A stretch of DNA of 64,000 bases. It comes from Phallusia mammillata (lineage: Eukaryota). The stretch spans positions 8,928,001-8,992,000 of the forward strand of contig OZ281499.1 of assembly GCA_965637545.1 (NCBI GenBank), in the 5' to 3' direction. The notes under the pieces are model-generated. The model did not search any database, was not told where the DNA came from, and saw only the letters and a program-made list of their open reading frames with translations. The position numbers and the translations under genes were made by a program. Positions 12,901 to 26,250 of the stretch are shown here, in pieces; the stretch's first letter is position 1, and the number at the start of each line of letters is the position of its first letter.

Positions 12901-14404
12901 AACCAGCAGGGTTTTAGTTCTTGTTTAGGTTTTGCATAGCAGTTTATGTAACCTGGCGTAAAAAGTCATGGAACAATAACACATTGCATTACATACTGCT
13001 AACGTGCTTGTATTTACCAGAGAGGCGGGTCTATGTCTTAAACCAATCGGAATCTTCCACGTAGCAGGATATTATCAAGAGGTCGTCTATAGTAAACAAA
13101 TATGCGACAACGTGGACCCATGCCATTTAACGACCCATTTTCGAGAAGTTTAACTTCAAAGACAGGTTTTCAGCTTTGAGTTGACTTGCCTTGATTCTGA
13201 AATTAACATTCCTTCTTTGACCCAAATACAACGCCAAAATCAGGTTGTCAAAGTGACTACTTCGTGTGTTCCCCGGGTATTATCAGATTGTTATGAGTGG
13301 GTTCTTGTGATGTATGTGGGATAGCATGTAATAAAATGTCTGGTGATTCAGAATTGAGGTGTGTTACCTGTCCTGCGTTCCTATTGGTTGATATTAAAGG
13401 AAAATGGGGGTGTGTGGACCGGCGTCAGGGAGCAGATCTTCAAAATCTAATAATAAGAAAATAGAGACAGGTTGATAATATTTTTAGATTTTATCTTGCT
13501 GACTCATTTTTTGTCCCCAAAAACTTGAAAATACGGTTTATTTATAAGCATGGTTTTCATTCGTTCCAAAAAGGATAATTTAATCTTATTGCTTTGTCAT
13601 GTTTTTAATTTAAATTTCATCCCTTCCACAATCCTTATTCATGACAATTTTAGCAGCTTTTATGGTCTTAATGTCAATGTTAGAAAGTATTTGAAATTAG
13701 TATGCTCGTAACGTATGTTAAGTTTTGAGTTTACTAATGCTCTTTTGGTAATTAATCACGTTTAATACGATGACCGCAAATTTAAGTAATATTATAACAA
13801 AGATTATGTTTTTTCGTTTCACTTAGTATATCGACAAACTGTATACACAGGGTACTTTACATTTATGGGCTTATTATTTATAATTTAATTATACATGAAT
13901 GTACCTATACTGTAAGGTAAACAATAGTGTATCCCGGAAATGCATTGGAAGTGTCTGGGGATCAAAGTTTAGTTAAAGGATTTTCGTAAAAAATCTCCCG
14001 AATTTCCTCTAAAACAAATTCAACTTTTATACTCGTAAAGAAAAAAAAGTTTTTGGAACAGTCATGTTTTTGTGTGTTAATGTTGATAAATGATGACAAG
14101 TAGCGTAAGTCACCGTGATTCAGCCGACGTAAAGTCAGCATGCTTTAAGCCGGAGACGTACTGGAAGTTACCATTGTGATGTTGAGTTTGCAGGAAGTTG
14201 TCGGTATATACCAATAGAATAAATAAAAACAAAAACAAACGTTCTTTGTTTTTTATTAGGAAGTAAATCATGTTAGTTTAGAGCAGTTGTTTTCAAAATA
14301 TCATTGTAAACAGATCAGCTTGAAGAAAGGTCATTTAATGTTTGATGGCTTTATAATAATGCATTCAGGTATTCGATTATATAAGTTGAACATGTATTCG
14401 TTAC

Positions 14405-14478
14405 CGAGTGTGCCATGATCTATAGGTAGCATCAGCCCAGGGGCATTGCTGGTGACTATAACGATCATGGTACACTCG
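14405..14478. mobile_element. Small hairpin MITE-like element
   Basis: Terminal inverted repeat CGAGTGTGCCATGATC / GATCATGGTACACTCG (15/16). Related sequence GAGTGTGCCGTGATCG at about 8789. Confidence 0.6.
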
Positions 14479-16844
14479 TACTAAACCTTAGTTGTCAACC
14501 TTTAGAGGCTCAGAGACTTGACTTGACTTGACTTACCACTGTTCAAGACCTGATTACAAAACGTGCATTATTATGTACAAGCCCAGCCCAGTTTCGGCCA
14601 AGTTAAAAAATTTCTTCACAAATAATCTGTTTTAGTAAAGAAATAATCTGGTAACTTGCTGAAAGACCTGGTAAGTTTTCTAATAAGCAACAAGGCAGTG
14701 ATGTCAAGAGTGAAACAAACAGCACGTAATTTGAACTCACGAAAACGGAAGGATCTTAAACACGAGCGCTAGTCAGTCCAGAAACTGCGTCGGAAATTGT
14801 CACCCGAGGCATGACTGTGACGTCACAAACCTTTCCCGAGTTGTAGAACGGGTCGATCAACTACAGTTTGTACCCACATGGTTCGTGGTTACCATGGTAT
14901 ACAAAATGTTTGAAGGGATTTAACTCTCGCTGCGCTGGGTTAGACACGGATACTTATTGTTGGGTTGCTTAGCCTCGAAAGTCTTTGTGTACGCAGTCAT
15001 TCGAAGTTAGTAAGGCAGAGAGATACAGATAAATCTAGTTTCTGTCCAGCATACAACTGGAAAACCTTCTTATTTTTTGGCTGTGTCGTTACCTTAAATT
15101 ACTCTGTAACTAAGTTTGTACCACAGTTTTGGAAACGTTTATTTCCATGTTAAAATCTGTTAACTTGTGGAGAATCTTTGCTGGAATTACAATGTAATTG
15201 GAAATGATTCCCAGAATCGAATTACTAGGATTTATAACTAAGTTTATAGATTGAAATCGTTTTTATAACGTTGATATTAGGTTTGTTTACAAAATATTCG
15301 GCCACTTAATAACCCACGTAAGTCAATACTCCTTTAATAAATGGACACACATTATACGCGGTCTGTAATACCGCCTATTGTTTTTATACCGGTATGTAAT
15401 CATGGTCCAGGCTACTGGTGTACAACGAAACGCCGGTTGATGCGTACGCAACTTCCTGTGCTACGATTGGCTAAAATGGTAGGCGTAACCGGTTTGTGGG
15501 TGGGACTTGCTGCGGTGTTTTGGTCTGTGCTGTACATTTAGAGTCTAATCATAGTGGTTCGACTTTTTTTTAACTGGTTTGATTAGACGTAATTTATCAC
15601 AAACGTTGTATTTTGAAAATGACTGTAGAGGCAGAAACGAACTGTACAAGGTGTACGAAGTGAACCTAAAAGCTTTAGTAAATTATAGGTTCCTGTTAAG
15701 CAGCTTAAGAAGGCGTAGAGTGTAGTAAAGAGCAAGTTATGAGTTAAATTTATGCTGCCAACCCAGCCAAATGATTAAAACAGCTAGGCTATATTTAACA
15801 TACAAAACAAATCATTAAACTGAGCTAATCGTATTTTATTATGTGTTTTACATATCACCACAGAAAAGAGTTTGACTTCAAAGTTATACATGTTACTACA
15901 AAAAAGGGTTAGGTATAAAAGTAAAATTGTTCTTTGTCCTTTCTTCTACTACGGCCCACTGTAAAAAACGTCCTATTTATGAATGGGCCAGCTCGCAACG
16001 ACTGTCTCTGAAAAATGTATTGTTTTGGAAACCCAGTCTAAATCGTTAACCAATGTGTTTGTTTGTTTGGTTAGAAAACTGATATAACCTGATGTGTAGC
16101 CTACAGACAAGGCAAGAAATACCTCACATAACGTAGAAAAGATTATGACACACATTTGACAATTTTTTTAACGTTCAATCTATGTTCTTAATGGTACAGA
16201 CTTTGTGGTGTAACTTTTGTGTTCCACACGCAGCATTTTACCTGTTTGACATCGCGGCCTATAAAAAAGTCTTTCAGTAAAATTGACGCGTTTTCTTAGC
16301 GTAGCTGACATACAATGAGGCCAAACCTAGATCAGCTACGCTTGTGAATTTGTAAAGTTAGGAACCGACACATATGTAGGTGTGGTAGGGGTCGCTTTGG
16401 GATAATTTTATCTCTTTTTATAGGCATGCCAGGCCTTTTTTGTCTTCATTGCAGTGGTGCAATAGTACGTTACTTTAGAATATTAGATTTGAACATAAAG
16501 TTAGGGGTATTTCTTCAATTTCATCTTGAATTAGAATTCAGTACCTGTGCAGCGGTTACCATTTTTCTACTATGGTCCTTGAAAGGTTATTCAGCAAGCT
16601 GAAGTCCTGTATAGCTTTCTCGTATATGATAGTCAGAGAATAACAAACAAATTTCTTTATTTGACATACCTCACCAACTCTAACACTAGCGGCTTTCAGT
16701 ACAAAGCAAACCAAACTTTCCCATTCATCAGCAAACAACTGAATCAGGTTTTAAAACGACGCGTAAATGGGTATTGTTCGTCATAATGCTTGATTCATGC
16801 GCATATTTGTCGTCAAGGGACTAAGGCAAATGTTTTTGAAACTT

Positions 16845-16890
16845 ATTCTGGCAAGTTTCAAAGGGAAACGCCCCTTCTTCAGTCCGTCAA
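16845..16890 (-). ncRNA. Possible degenerate Penelope-type hammerhead remnant
   Basis: Minus strand CTGAAGA-AGGG-GCGTTT-CCCT-TT-GAAAC-TTGCCAGAATAAG...ACATTTGCC. The tail resembles that at 36053-36078, but the stem II/GAAA junction and stem I are imperfect. Confidence 0.3.
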
Positions 16891-17646
16891 AGATGTGAAG
16901 AAGGCTGTACGAGAAAGGTACTTTTGGTCTAGGTATATAAGCTTATGTGTGCCCTGTGCACATTTTTTTCTGTCGGCAGTAGCTAAGTTGAGAAGCGTAT
17001 CTGCTGAAGTGCCTAAGCTGTAGTTTCGGTTGAAAGGTATGCGTCGTATAGTTTCGGGGCGCGAAACGGTAAGGCTGGCTTTATTTGACTGGACACAGCG
17101 CTAAACAAGTTAGTGTTGGCAAGGACGCGTTTTTACAAATATGTTTACCTTATCAATATTACCAAACACTAAAAGGCACAAAAAATTTACTGAACAGCCT
17201 AAAACGTTTTTAAACCAGCACGTTTGGTCATAAATCTTTGATAACTTCGGCTCAACGAGTCGGCTTTTGTTGTTATGTATTGTGTAACTTGATATCCCAG
17301 TTACAGCGCTTACTGAATCAAAAATCGCTTTTGTGGCCACAACAAAACGCTCACTATAGTTACGTAGCTATGGTAAAGTATACTCTTTACTATACCAGTT
17401 TAAATAAAAATTAGTGAAAGTGTAGTTTATTTAACAACAATCTGGCACGAACAACGGTACATTTGTCCTAAGAAAAAAATGTTATTTTAGTTGGGAATCT
17501 TATCTCAACCATGTCTAATGCTAATAAATGTTTTTACACAAGCATAAATTCCGCATTTATCTTTCTATATTACTAATATTGTATTCACTTCTTTTTATCC
17601 TAGCTACGTGCAAAGTTATAATTGTAGGAAAAGTTTTTTGAAGACC

Positions 17647-20600
17647 ATGATAAGTGAATCAGACTCAAGTAACAGTAACGGGGATGCACCCATCCACCAT
17701 TCGAAAGCGGATGAACTGTGCAATCTCGCTGATGAAAAGAAAAAAAAGGGCTCAATTTCAAATGAGAGCTTTGAAAATCTGGAAGCCATATTGGCAAGCC
17801 CATCACTAAAAAAGTAAATAATAATAGCTATAATACATTGTGTTTTTGTCTAAAATTTGGGTGTTTTTCAATTCGTTCTTTTTCGGCAGAAAAGAAATCA
17901 GAAAGATTTGGAAGAACTTGATCCTTATCTGCCTTGCATTTGTTGGCAATTTTACTGCTTTTAACGGCGCCTCTGCCCTTCAATCTAGTCTTAACTCGGA
18001 TGAAGGGCTTGGGACAGCTTCACTTTCTATTATCTACGCGACATTAATCATATCGGCAATGTTTCTACCTACCTATGGTAAGTTTTGTATTTGCTTTGCG
18101 GTGAGTTATAAACAAAAGATAGTATAGTAGAATGTGTTATGCTTGAAAACACATACACAACAAGATCCCTAATATCGTCATTTCGACACTGGACCCGAAT
18201 CCTTCAACAATTTTTGGCCACGAGATGCCACAAAACCATGATGTTTCTTTACTTTGCATTCATGTACATAGGATCAAAATGTGTGACGGGTAGGAACTTG
18301 GGTGAATGGTCCTGGGCCCCTGATCTATTTACAGACAATAAAAAAATAATTCTCGTAAAAAGGGGTGTATGAGTCATTTTTTGCAAGCGTTGTTGTTCTT
18401 TCATGGACAAACGCTGACGACCTTGCTTAAATCTCACGACAGATGCGTATGCGAGATTTTTTTAATGTTGGTGTATTATCATACACATATATGCCATAGA
18501 TAAAAGAAAGAAAAAATGTACACAACATGTATGCGCTGGTCACAAACAAAACACAGACCCTGCGATTGCGTTTGTAATATCGACCGAGTGTAAATGTTGT
18601 GTAACACTGTTCGTAACGCTCCCTACATTTCAATAGCAATCCACGATTGAGTGGTTACAAATGCCTTTTAAACATACCTTGGGTATATGCTACGTCCGTT
18701 TGCAAAACAATCAACATAATCCACAAAAAATCGACAACATTTTTAAACATTTAGTATTCAGAATATGTTTTTGCCGTGTCATTCTATTGAACAAAATAAA
18801 TTTAAACCAGATACGGTACCAAAAATATTTTATACGTAAAGGCACAATAAAATAATTCAAGTGTAACTTTGCAGATCATAACGCTATTTTTAGCAACAAA
18901 ACAGTTCCAAAATTTTCCGGTAAAAATGTTCTCTTTTGGCTCACGTTCACGTCAGTGCGTGCTCAATCACGCGTATAATCACGTGGCGTGACGTACGGAC
19001 AAATCAGATTATTTTTGGGCTGTATAAAGTGATCTATTGAGAACTATTTCTCATGCCTCTTTCAATTGAGCGACTCATAATCCACGTACATTATTAAAAC
19101 CCCATCTATATATAACATATAGAAGGATGTACCCTTTCCTGATTGGCAACGTTTTGGACTAGCTATGCGTACCGTTGCCCAGCGACAGCCAAGGGACTTT
19201 TCCAAATACCGGGAACTGACCAAATTTGAAGTGTAGTGTAAGCAGACTTTGAGTAAACAGTTTTGGAATGTTGCGTGCGAATCCAGTAGTAAGTACATGG
19301 GAACAAGTCAGTATTAGTAATTCAATACATCATAACCTTTTTGACACATTTTTCTCGACACGACTTCATTGCAAAGCGTTTTGTATCGCAAACTCAAAAA
19401 CAAGTGAGGTTCTAGCAAGTCATTTGTTGTGTATGTACTTTAAAAAACAGCTAAACATCACGTACTACGAATCCTGGATTTTATGATTCGGCGAAACGGA
19501 ATTTCCCGACCAGCCAACCGCAACCGTCACGCATGATTTCATTTGTGCGTCTTGGGGGCGTATACGCGACGTGACGTGGCAAACTCGAGTGCCTTTTTTC
19601 GCCGAATTCCTGTTTATCGCAATTTTAGGTACTTGCCATAGGTTAGGTACACATAAAAGCTACGGCTAAACTAACATTTTATGTGACATTGTTGGATTTA
19701 TAGCCTAGCCTATGTGGTTTGTGTTGACTTTTGTATTTAAACATCGCTCAAGTTGATTAATAAATTCCGGGTTTATGGAGTTGAGTTTTGACACCATGAC
19801 AATACGTTGTGTGCCTTTGGGTGGATTAAGTGCGATGCTAAGGTTTGTTGTTTGCGTTCACGTTCTAAGTGCGCCTCAAGGGGCTTTGGACACAAGCTGG
19901 CCTTTAAATTTTATTGGCTTTACTGCGACTGAAAGGAGTGGTATGCAGTGCGGTTACACCTAGCCCATGAAAAAGCATTTTTTAATATTTTTTGTCACTA
20001 CGAAATGAGAGATTTGTTGGAATAAATTACACTCTGATGTTACTCATCTTTTGCGGAAATTCATTCCTTCGACCAACCAAACTTTAAATATAAAAAAATG
20101 AAATTGTATTAAAACTTCATGATGTTTAATATCACGATCATGTTAACACCTAATATTTACGTTGTTTCGTTTTGTGTCAGTTCATATTAAGCAAGGCATG
20201 TCGGGTAACTTTGAACTAAGCAGTGTTAAAGACAAGGTGCTAATTAGCACATAGGCGTAATAACAAAAAGCCTGCCTACACACGCAATTGCGGATAACAG
20301 CCGCCCACCATTGAAAAGCATGCACCTCCTGAGGTTTTATTGGTATGAAGGTTGAATATACTGTACTAAAATCGTTTTGATATGTACTTTAAATTGGACC
20401 AGGAGTAGTTGGTAAATTGCAAGTTTTTGCAAAACTGAAAACTTGTAGAGAAAAACGTTTATTAATATGTTTTTTTTATTTTCAGTAATCAACTGGCTTG
20501 GTTGCAAATGGACGATCGTTGTAGCGATTTGCGGCTACGTCACATATCCTCTCGCCAATTTTTACCCACATTGGGGAACTCTTATAACAAGCTCTATATT

Positions 20601-23313
20601 TGTTGGTCTCTCTGCTGCGCCCTTGTGGTCTGCCAAGTGCACATATCTCACCACAGCTGCTAAAAGGTTTGTCTTAAACAAGGATAAGATTTATTTAGTC
20701 ACTTTATGTTGTTAATATGGGTCTTACGCTGTTTAGATATGCGCTACTTACTGACGACACCACCGATGCAGTGGTGAATAGATTTTTTGGCATTTTCTTT
20801 CTATTTTTCCAGTCGACTCAGATTATTGGAAACCTTATTTCGTCCTTTGTCTTGTCAGCTGACAGCACAGAAAATCTTGGTAAGTGTTGATGGAAACTTA
20901 AATGCACAAATCTTTTGGCTAAGGTGAACATACACATTTATTGGGATGGGCCCTGAAGTGTCCATGTAGATAAGCGATCACGGAACACTCATTTATAAAT
21001 CATAGTACACCAGGTCTATTGAAGGCGTTAAACGTTATAGATTTTTCCAGTCTGTGCCTTGCCCTATGGGAATGCTTGGGTGATCGGCTTGATTCGCTTA
21101 AGCCTTTAATAGACCTGGCGTACTTTCACGATTTTTTGTTTTACTTATTGAAATTATTTTATTTTCCCTTTTTGATTAAGACTACATATTAACTGTAGGA
21201 GCTCAATCAATTTTCCATGCCAGTTTTCGCATTGCTTTTTTTGAGCATTGTGGTTTATAAACTACCTGTTTTAAACCCAATTTCAATACTTCTGTCTTTT
21301 TCACACAGAATTTCCCAGTTGCTACGACAAAACTTTCATTGAACAAAACTGCGGTAAAAATGACTGCCAGGGTGATTTGTCTGCTGCTAGAATCCAGTTT
21401 AACAGCAGTGAGTGTCCAGTAACCGATCTTAACAGTTCGGGACCGTCTGATTCTACAATATACACTCTGATGGGAATTTATACTGCCATCGGTTTCTGTG
21501 GTGCTCTTGTAATGGCTGTTGGTGTCGATAACATTAAAGTCAGGTAGGATACTTGATATTTCAATTTTGAATGTATTAGATATACCTGTTAGTTTTTGCA
21601 ACTCTGTTAGCTTTGTAAACAAAAGTCTTTTTAACAAGATTTGTAGTGTTATCTATAATTCTTATAACGAAACCCTATGGACGATATTGTAGTGTGATTT
21701 GCGAAACAATATGCTTTTAATAGAATAATTATCACACGCTTATGGTTAATCGGAAAACATTAAAAATGGTTTAGCGATTGGGCGGTATCGTTTGTATCAA
21801 TCATAATACGACGGTTTTTAAAGTGAACATTATTATTCTGCAGAGACCAGGAAACTCGTGGACCGTTTGCACTGTTGATTGCCACCTTTAAGCACATGAA
21901 AGACAAAAGGCAGCTTTTGCTTATTCCTATTACAATGTACAGCGGATTTGAACAGGCATTCCTCACTGGAGACTTTACTCGGGTATATATTTGTATATTT
22001 CTATCAAAATTGATATATTTGGTTCCTTACATGCGTGACTACAAAACAAGACTGCTTAAATTCGGTATAATATGCTTTTTTTAATTTGTTGAAATGCGTT
22101 CGTGTGACATTCAAAATACTTTAAGCCTGGTTTATTGCTGTTAAACTTTGACTGTATATGTCTATCTTGGAATCAATGTCAATAAAAACTAATTTAACCT
22201 TTTTTTCTTTTAGTCTTTTGTCACTTGCCCTCTTGGAGTCAACTGGGTAGGTTTCGTTCTCATCTGCTATGGAGCTTGCGACGCAGTTTTTTCGCTTCTT
22301 GTCGGCGGATTGGAGAAATTTACTGGAAGGAAACTATTATTTACTGGTGCAGCTCTCATTAATATTGGGCTGATCATCACATTTCAGGTAATAAAATATT
22401 TTAAAAGTTCAGGCGTTGCTTTTGTGAGCGTTTCTTTTAGGGATAGCTTGAGAATAGGCCTTGTTTAATGCTGTGTGTTGATTTTTAGGTATGGACTCCT
22501 TATCCCGATCAAGTAGCGCTGTTCTTTATTCTTCCTGCACTTTGGGGTCTCGCAGATGCTGTGTGGCAAACTCAGCTTAACGGTAAATATAAATGAAATA
22601 CATATACCAAGTAGTGTTATAAAATCACATCTTAAGCAGAAAAACAATTGTCCTTAACCAACAGTCTTAAACAATCATTCTCTTACAGCGTTTTACGGAG
22701 TACTTTTCTTAACGAACCAAGAGGCTAGTTTTGCCAACTACAGGCTTTGGGAATCTCTTGGATTTGTTATTGCATTCGCTTATCAAAATTTCATCTGTGT
22801 ATCTGCAAAACTTTGGGTTCTATTTTCAGTTGTAGTCGTCGGAATGGCGTTGTATTATTATGTTGAGGTAAGTTTTTAACTCAGTTGGAAATAGTAGAAG
22901 GAAAAATCCATGCGAACCAAAACATCTTTAGCATACATACTGTTGTTTTGCCTTTCAACTTATACAAAGTAAAAAAAAAAACTAAGCACAGTTTGGTGAG
23001 GTTGTTGGTATAGAATTTATAACAAGTACCTTGCCTTTGGGTTTAAGTTGTTTAAAACGTTTGAAAAGAATTTAATTTTTGAATTGATGTGTGAAAGTAA
23101 ATGTTCATGCATAGGGCAAACCTTTTTCAAAAAAAGTATGTGAGCGTTTTGGTACAAGACTAACATTTCGACTATTTACAGTACCAAGAAAGGAAGAAGA
23201 TTCCAGAAAAAGAAAGAAATGGGAAAAAATCACCGATACCAGTAGAAAATGGAGGTTATTTAGATTCTCGGTCAAGCGTTAAAACAATGGATAATCGAAT
23301 AACATCTATATAA
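17647..23313 (+). CDS. UNC93A: UNC93A-like MFS membrane protein, copy 2 (complete, 10 exons)
   Basis: Exons 17647-17813, 17890-18077, 20486-20666, 20737-20879, 21309-21543, 21844-21982, 22214-22387, 22489-22582, 22689-22867, 23182-23313 (YQERKKIPEK..VENGGYLDS..ITSI*). All GT-AG with compatible phases. Confidence 0.93.
21003..21125. mobile_element. Short TIR element (Tc1/pogo-like MITE, tentative)
   Basis: Inverted repeat GTACACCAGGTCTATTGAAGGC / GCCTTTAATAGACCTGGCGTAC (20/22). The internal GCCTTGCC..GAATGCTTGG is shared with about 10000-10030 and 52036-52107. Confidence 0.6.
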
Positions 23314-24963
23314 ATCTGGTATTTGTAAATCCACCTTTAATTTGTACCTGAGAAGTCATAAGCGATACGACAAAAGGATGTTGCGGTGCTATATAAATAT
23401 CATTGCTTTAAATCTGCTTTTGGAGTTCGTATAGTGCGCTTCTACATTCAGTATGCAAGCGAAAATTGTACTTATATCGAAAGAAAAGCAGCTTCAGATG
23501 TTTTTGAATGTCGGTTACTGAATATGTTCTGTTTTATTGACACCTTTTTTATTTAATTGAACAACAGACTATTTGGTCTTTCAAATTTTCGTGATATAAG
23601 CACTTCTTTGCACATTTTTTTAAATATGCATTAACGACAACGCAGTACACAAATTTTTTAAATGTTTGGTGCTGCGAAATTACCTCAATTCTGCAGAAAT
23701 ATCAACATGCTACAGTTTTTAAGAAGCAACTTCTTTATAAATGGGTCAAATTAAAAACACAAACACTGTCTGTAGACAAAAACTGCTTATTTGTTTTTTC
23801 GTCATAATATACGGATGTAACAAGTTTTTCCAGGTACAATATTTTTTTATAAACTGGGATACTGCTGTGAATAATCTTTCAAGTTAATGCGGTTAATTTA
23901 TGACATTTAGTGCGGTTAAATGCGGTTAATTTATGACATTAGAACACCATTTCTGATCAAACACAATTCAACCGGTATTGTCAGCTGTTCTTTTGTTTCA
24001 AACGTTACTGCTATTTATTTTTCTCGAAAATATAAAGTATTTTTGCAACGCTTGTACATTTTATGCGCTGTTTCTGATAGGCTCATATTAAACATTGCTT
24101 CTTATTTTATTTGCTGCGGCAGGCTCGTGCAATTTCATTTCTGAACAGTAAAAAGTGCACCTCCTATACTTAATGCTGTGCAATTGAGTTGCTTATAGTA
24201 AGCACTATGTTTTGTGATTTTTTTGTAGTGCCTTAGTTTTTATTGTTAGTGTAGAGGTATCCAACGTATTTACCAATCTGCACTTTGTGTTTATGCGTTT
24301 TATAGTTGTGTATATATTTAGTTTTTCTAGCTTTCTCGAAGTTTTTTGTTTTACATAAAATAGATCGTTCCTTTTCCAAGTTTTTATTTTATTTTATTTT
24401 CGTTTTTAATATTGTATTGGCTTGTGTCGCTTGTGCTTTATGTTTCAGTACAGCACTATCTGTGAAACAAGCTTTTACTGCAACGAAGCATTGTCTTGTG
24501 TTTTAAAAAAGATAGACATTCAAAATTAGAATAACGATGAAATAGAAAGTTGTGTATAGTTGAACCCAAATTCAATAGGATATTGGAAAACATATTATAC
24601 ACAATTTTGTCGCGTTGTTGATCAATGGCACTACAGAGTGTTAGGCTAATCTTATCTGTTATGCAAGATACCACTAATGCGTACTGAGTGTTTATGTAAA
24701 GATTGAAATCGACACTTGGACTTTTTAAAAGCGCTGGAGTAACCGCATTGTGTGAGGATAGGCACGAATCAGTTGCACAGCTTATAAACAGCACAATACT
24801 GCACTCGTGTGACCTCGAACTATGTTTATCTGATCTGCATGGTGAGCTTAGGAAATTTTTACCTCTTTGTCACAACTAAAAGTTTTCGTCAAGGAAGTTA
24901 TGTTTTCAGAAATGTACTTTTTTCAAAAAATATCTCAGAGTTCATTTTATCCGTTGTTTAAAC

Positions 24964-25290
24964 CAGTGGTTCCCAACCTTTTTTGTTATATTCCTCCCTT
25001 TGCCCATTTTCGAACTACCCATTCCTCCCCACACGACGGAAAACAAATATAACATAAAAAAGTATAGCAATTTGAAATAGACCTTATAATTAGGGATGTC
25101 CATTTCAGAATCCTTTACAACCGGTTCCAAATGTGAACCGGGTCCAAATTATAAAGGATATAGTAATGTACATACAAAAATATTCTGTAACATTTCCAAT
25201 GTAATTTTTTTACAGTTTTTATGAAATTCCTCCCCTGAACTCGTAAAATTCCTCCCTAGGGAGGAATTCCTCCCCGGTTGGGAACCACTG
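24964..25290. mobile_element. hAT-type MITE
   Basis: TIR CAGTGGTTCCCAACC / GGTTGGGAACCACTG; degenerate TSD GTTTAAAC/CTTTAAAT; repeated AATTCCTCCC sub-terminal motifs. Confidence 0.82.
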
Positions 25291-26140
25291 CTTTAAATGG
25301 TTACCCAGAAATACGTTCCAAGGCGAGACCAGACATGTTCGTTTGAAGCTCATATAATATGCACTGAAACTTTCCCAAACTCGACAGTACAAGCTCAAAA
25401 CCCGCTTCGAACACGATTTTAAAGCAAAGGCTTGAAAGTGGAATTTTGGCACAAATGATGTCGAGTGTCCCAATTTTTACCCATGTGGTGAAAGTAAACG
25501 CCAAACCTTTCATTTTATCGTTATTTCTACGTTTCCAAATTTAATCATAGGTAACAGTCAATAAATAAATTAAAATGCAGTACAGTACGCAACAACAACC
25601 GGAACGACCCCAGGAAAAGTCCACGTTTCCATATTTTCTGTTGCATGTTCTCATTGCCACAAAAATGACTCACAATTGTGTATTAAAAGTACATCGCAAA
25701 CTAAACTTGTATAATTAAATGTTTTTGATTTTATCACCACTAACAGAAATGAAATGCCTAAAAGCGGGTCCTGATTTGATATAGTTGAATGTGATGCGCA
25801 CTGTGATTTATTTACAATTGTAAACACGTTTTATCTTGTTTTGAAACTACCTTAAATGTTGAAAAAAGAAATGCAAACAAACCGCATACTTTTTTTTGTA
25901 CTAGGTGATCTCATATGGTTTTATTTTATTGCCTACCTGCATTGTACATTCGTTAGTTAAGTAGTTATCTACATATTGCATATAGAACAGGTTATCGCCT
26001 TAAATGTTTTGTTCCGAATTGCAACAAATTAAATATGGCCTAACAGCTATGAACATGTATTTAATACTTGGATCAACCATCAGGCGTTCATGAAGACCAG
26101 CAATAACGCACATTAATATATACAGTAGATCACGCCCTAC

Positions 26141-26250
26141 CAAGTCAAACTGGCCTCCCAAGCATTCCCAGGCGGCAACACATATGCTAGAAATATGTAA
26201 TTTGCCGCCTGGGAATGCCTAGGAGTCCGGCTTTATTTGATACAACGACT
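26141..26250. repeat. Fold-back inverted repeat related to the 21003/52036 family
   Basis: Arms CTCCCAAGCATTCCCAGGCGGCAA (26155-26178) and TTGCCGCCTGGGAATGCCTAGGAG (26202-26225), 22/24 complementary. Confidence 0.7.

Noticed and set aside
13090-13380. Minus-strand fragments (HLNSESPDILL, WVKEG) suggestive of an APE endonuclease
   Set aside because: Multiple stops and frameshifts; the similarity is too weak to assert by eye.
15330-15545. CpG-richer patch with CCAAT, ETS and GC-box-like words as a promoter for copy 2
   Set aside because: Short motifs are expected by chance, and no TSS or exon evidence is visible.
17770-17813. ENLEAIL / ENMDAIL in the N-termini as an acidic dileucine sorting signal
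   Set aside because: Spacing does not fit [DE]xxxL[LI] or DxxLL; conserved but not assignable.
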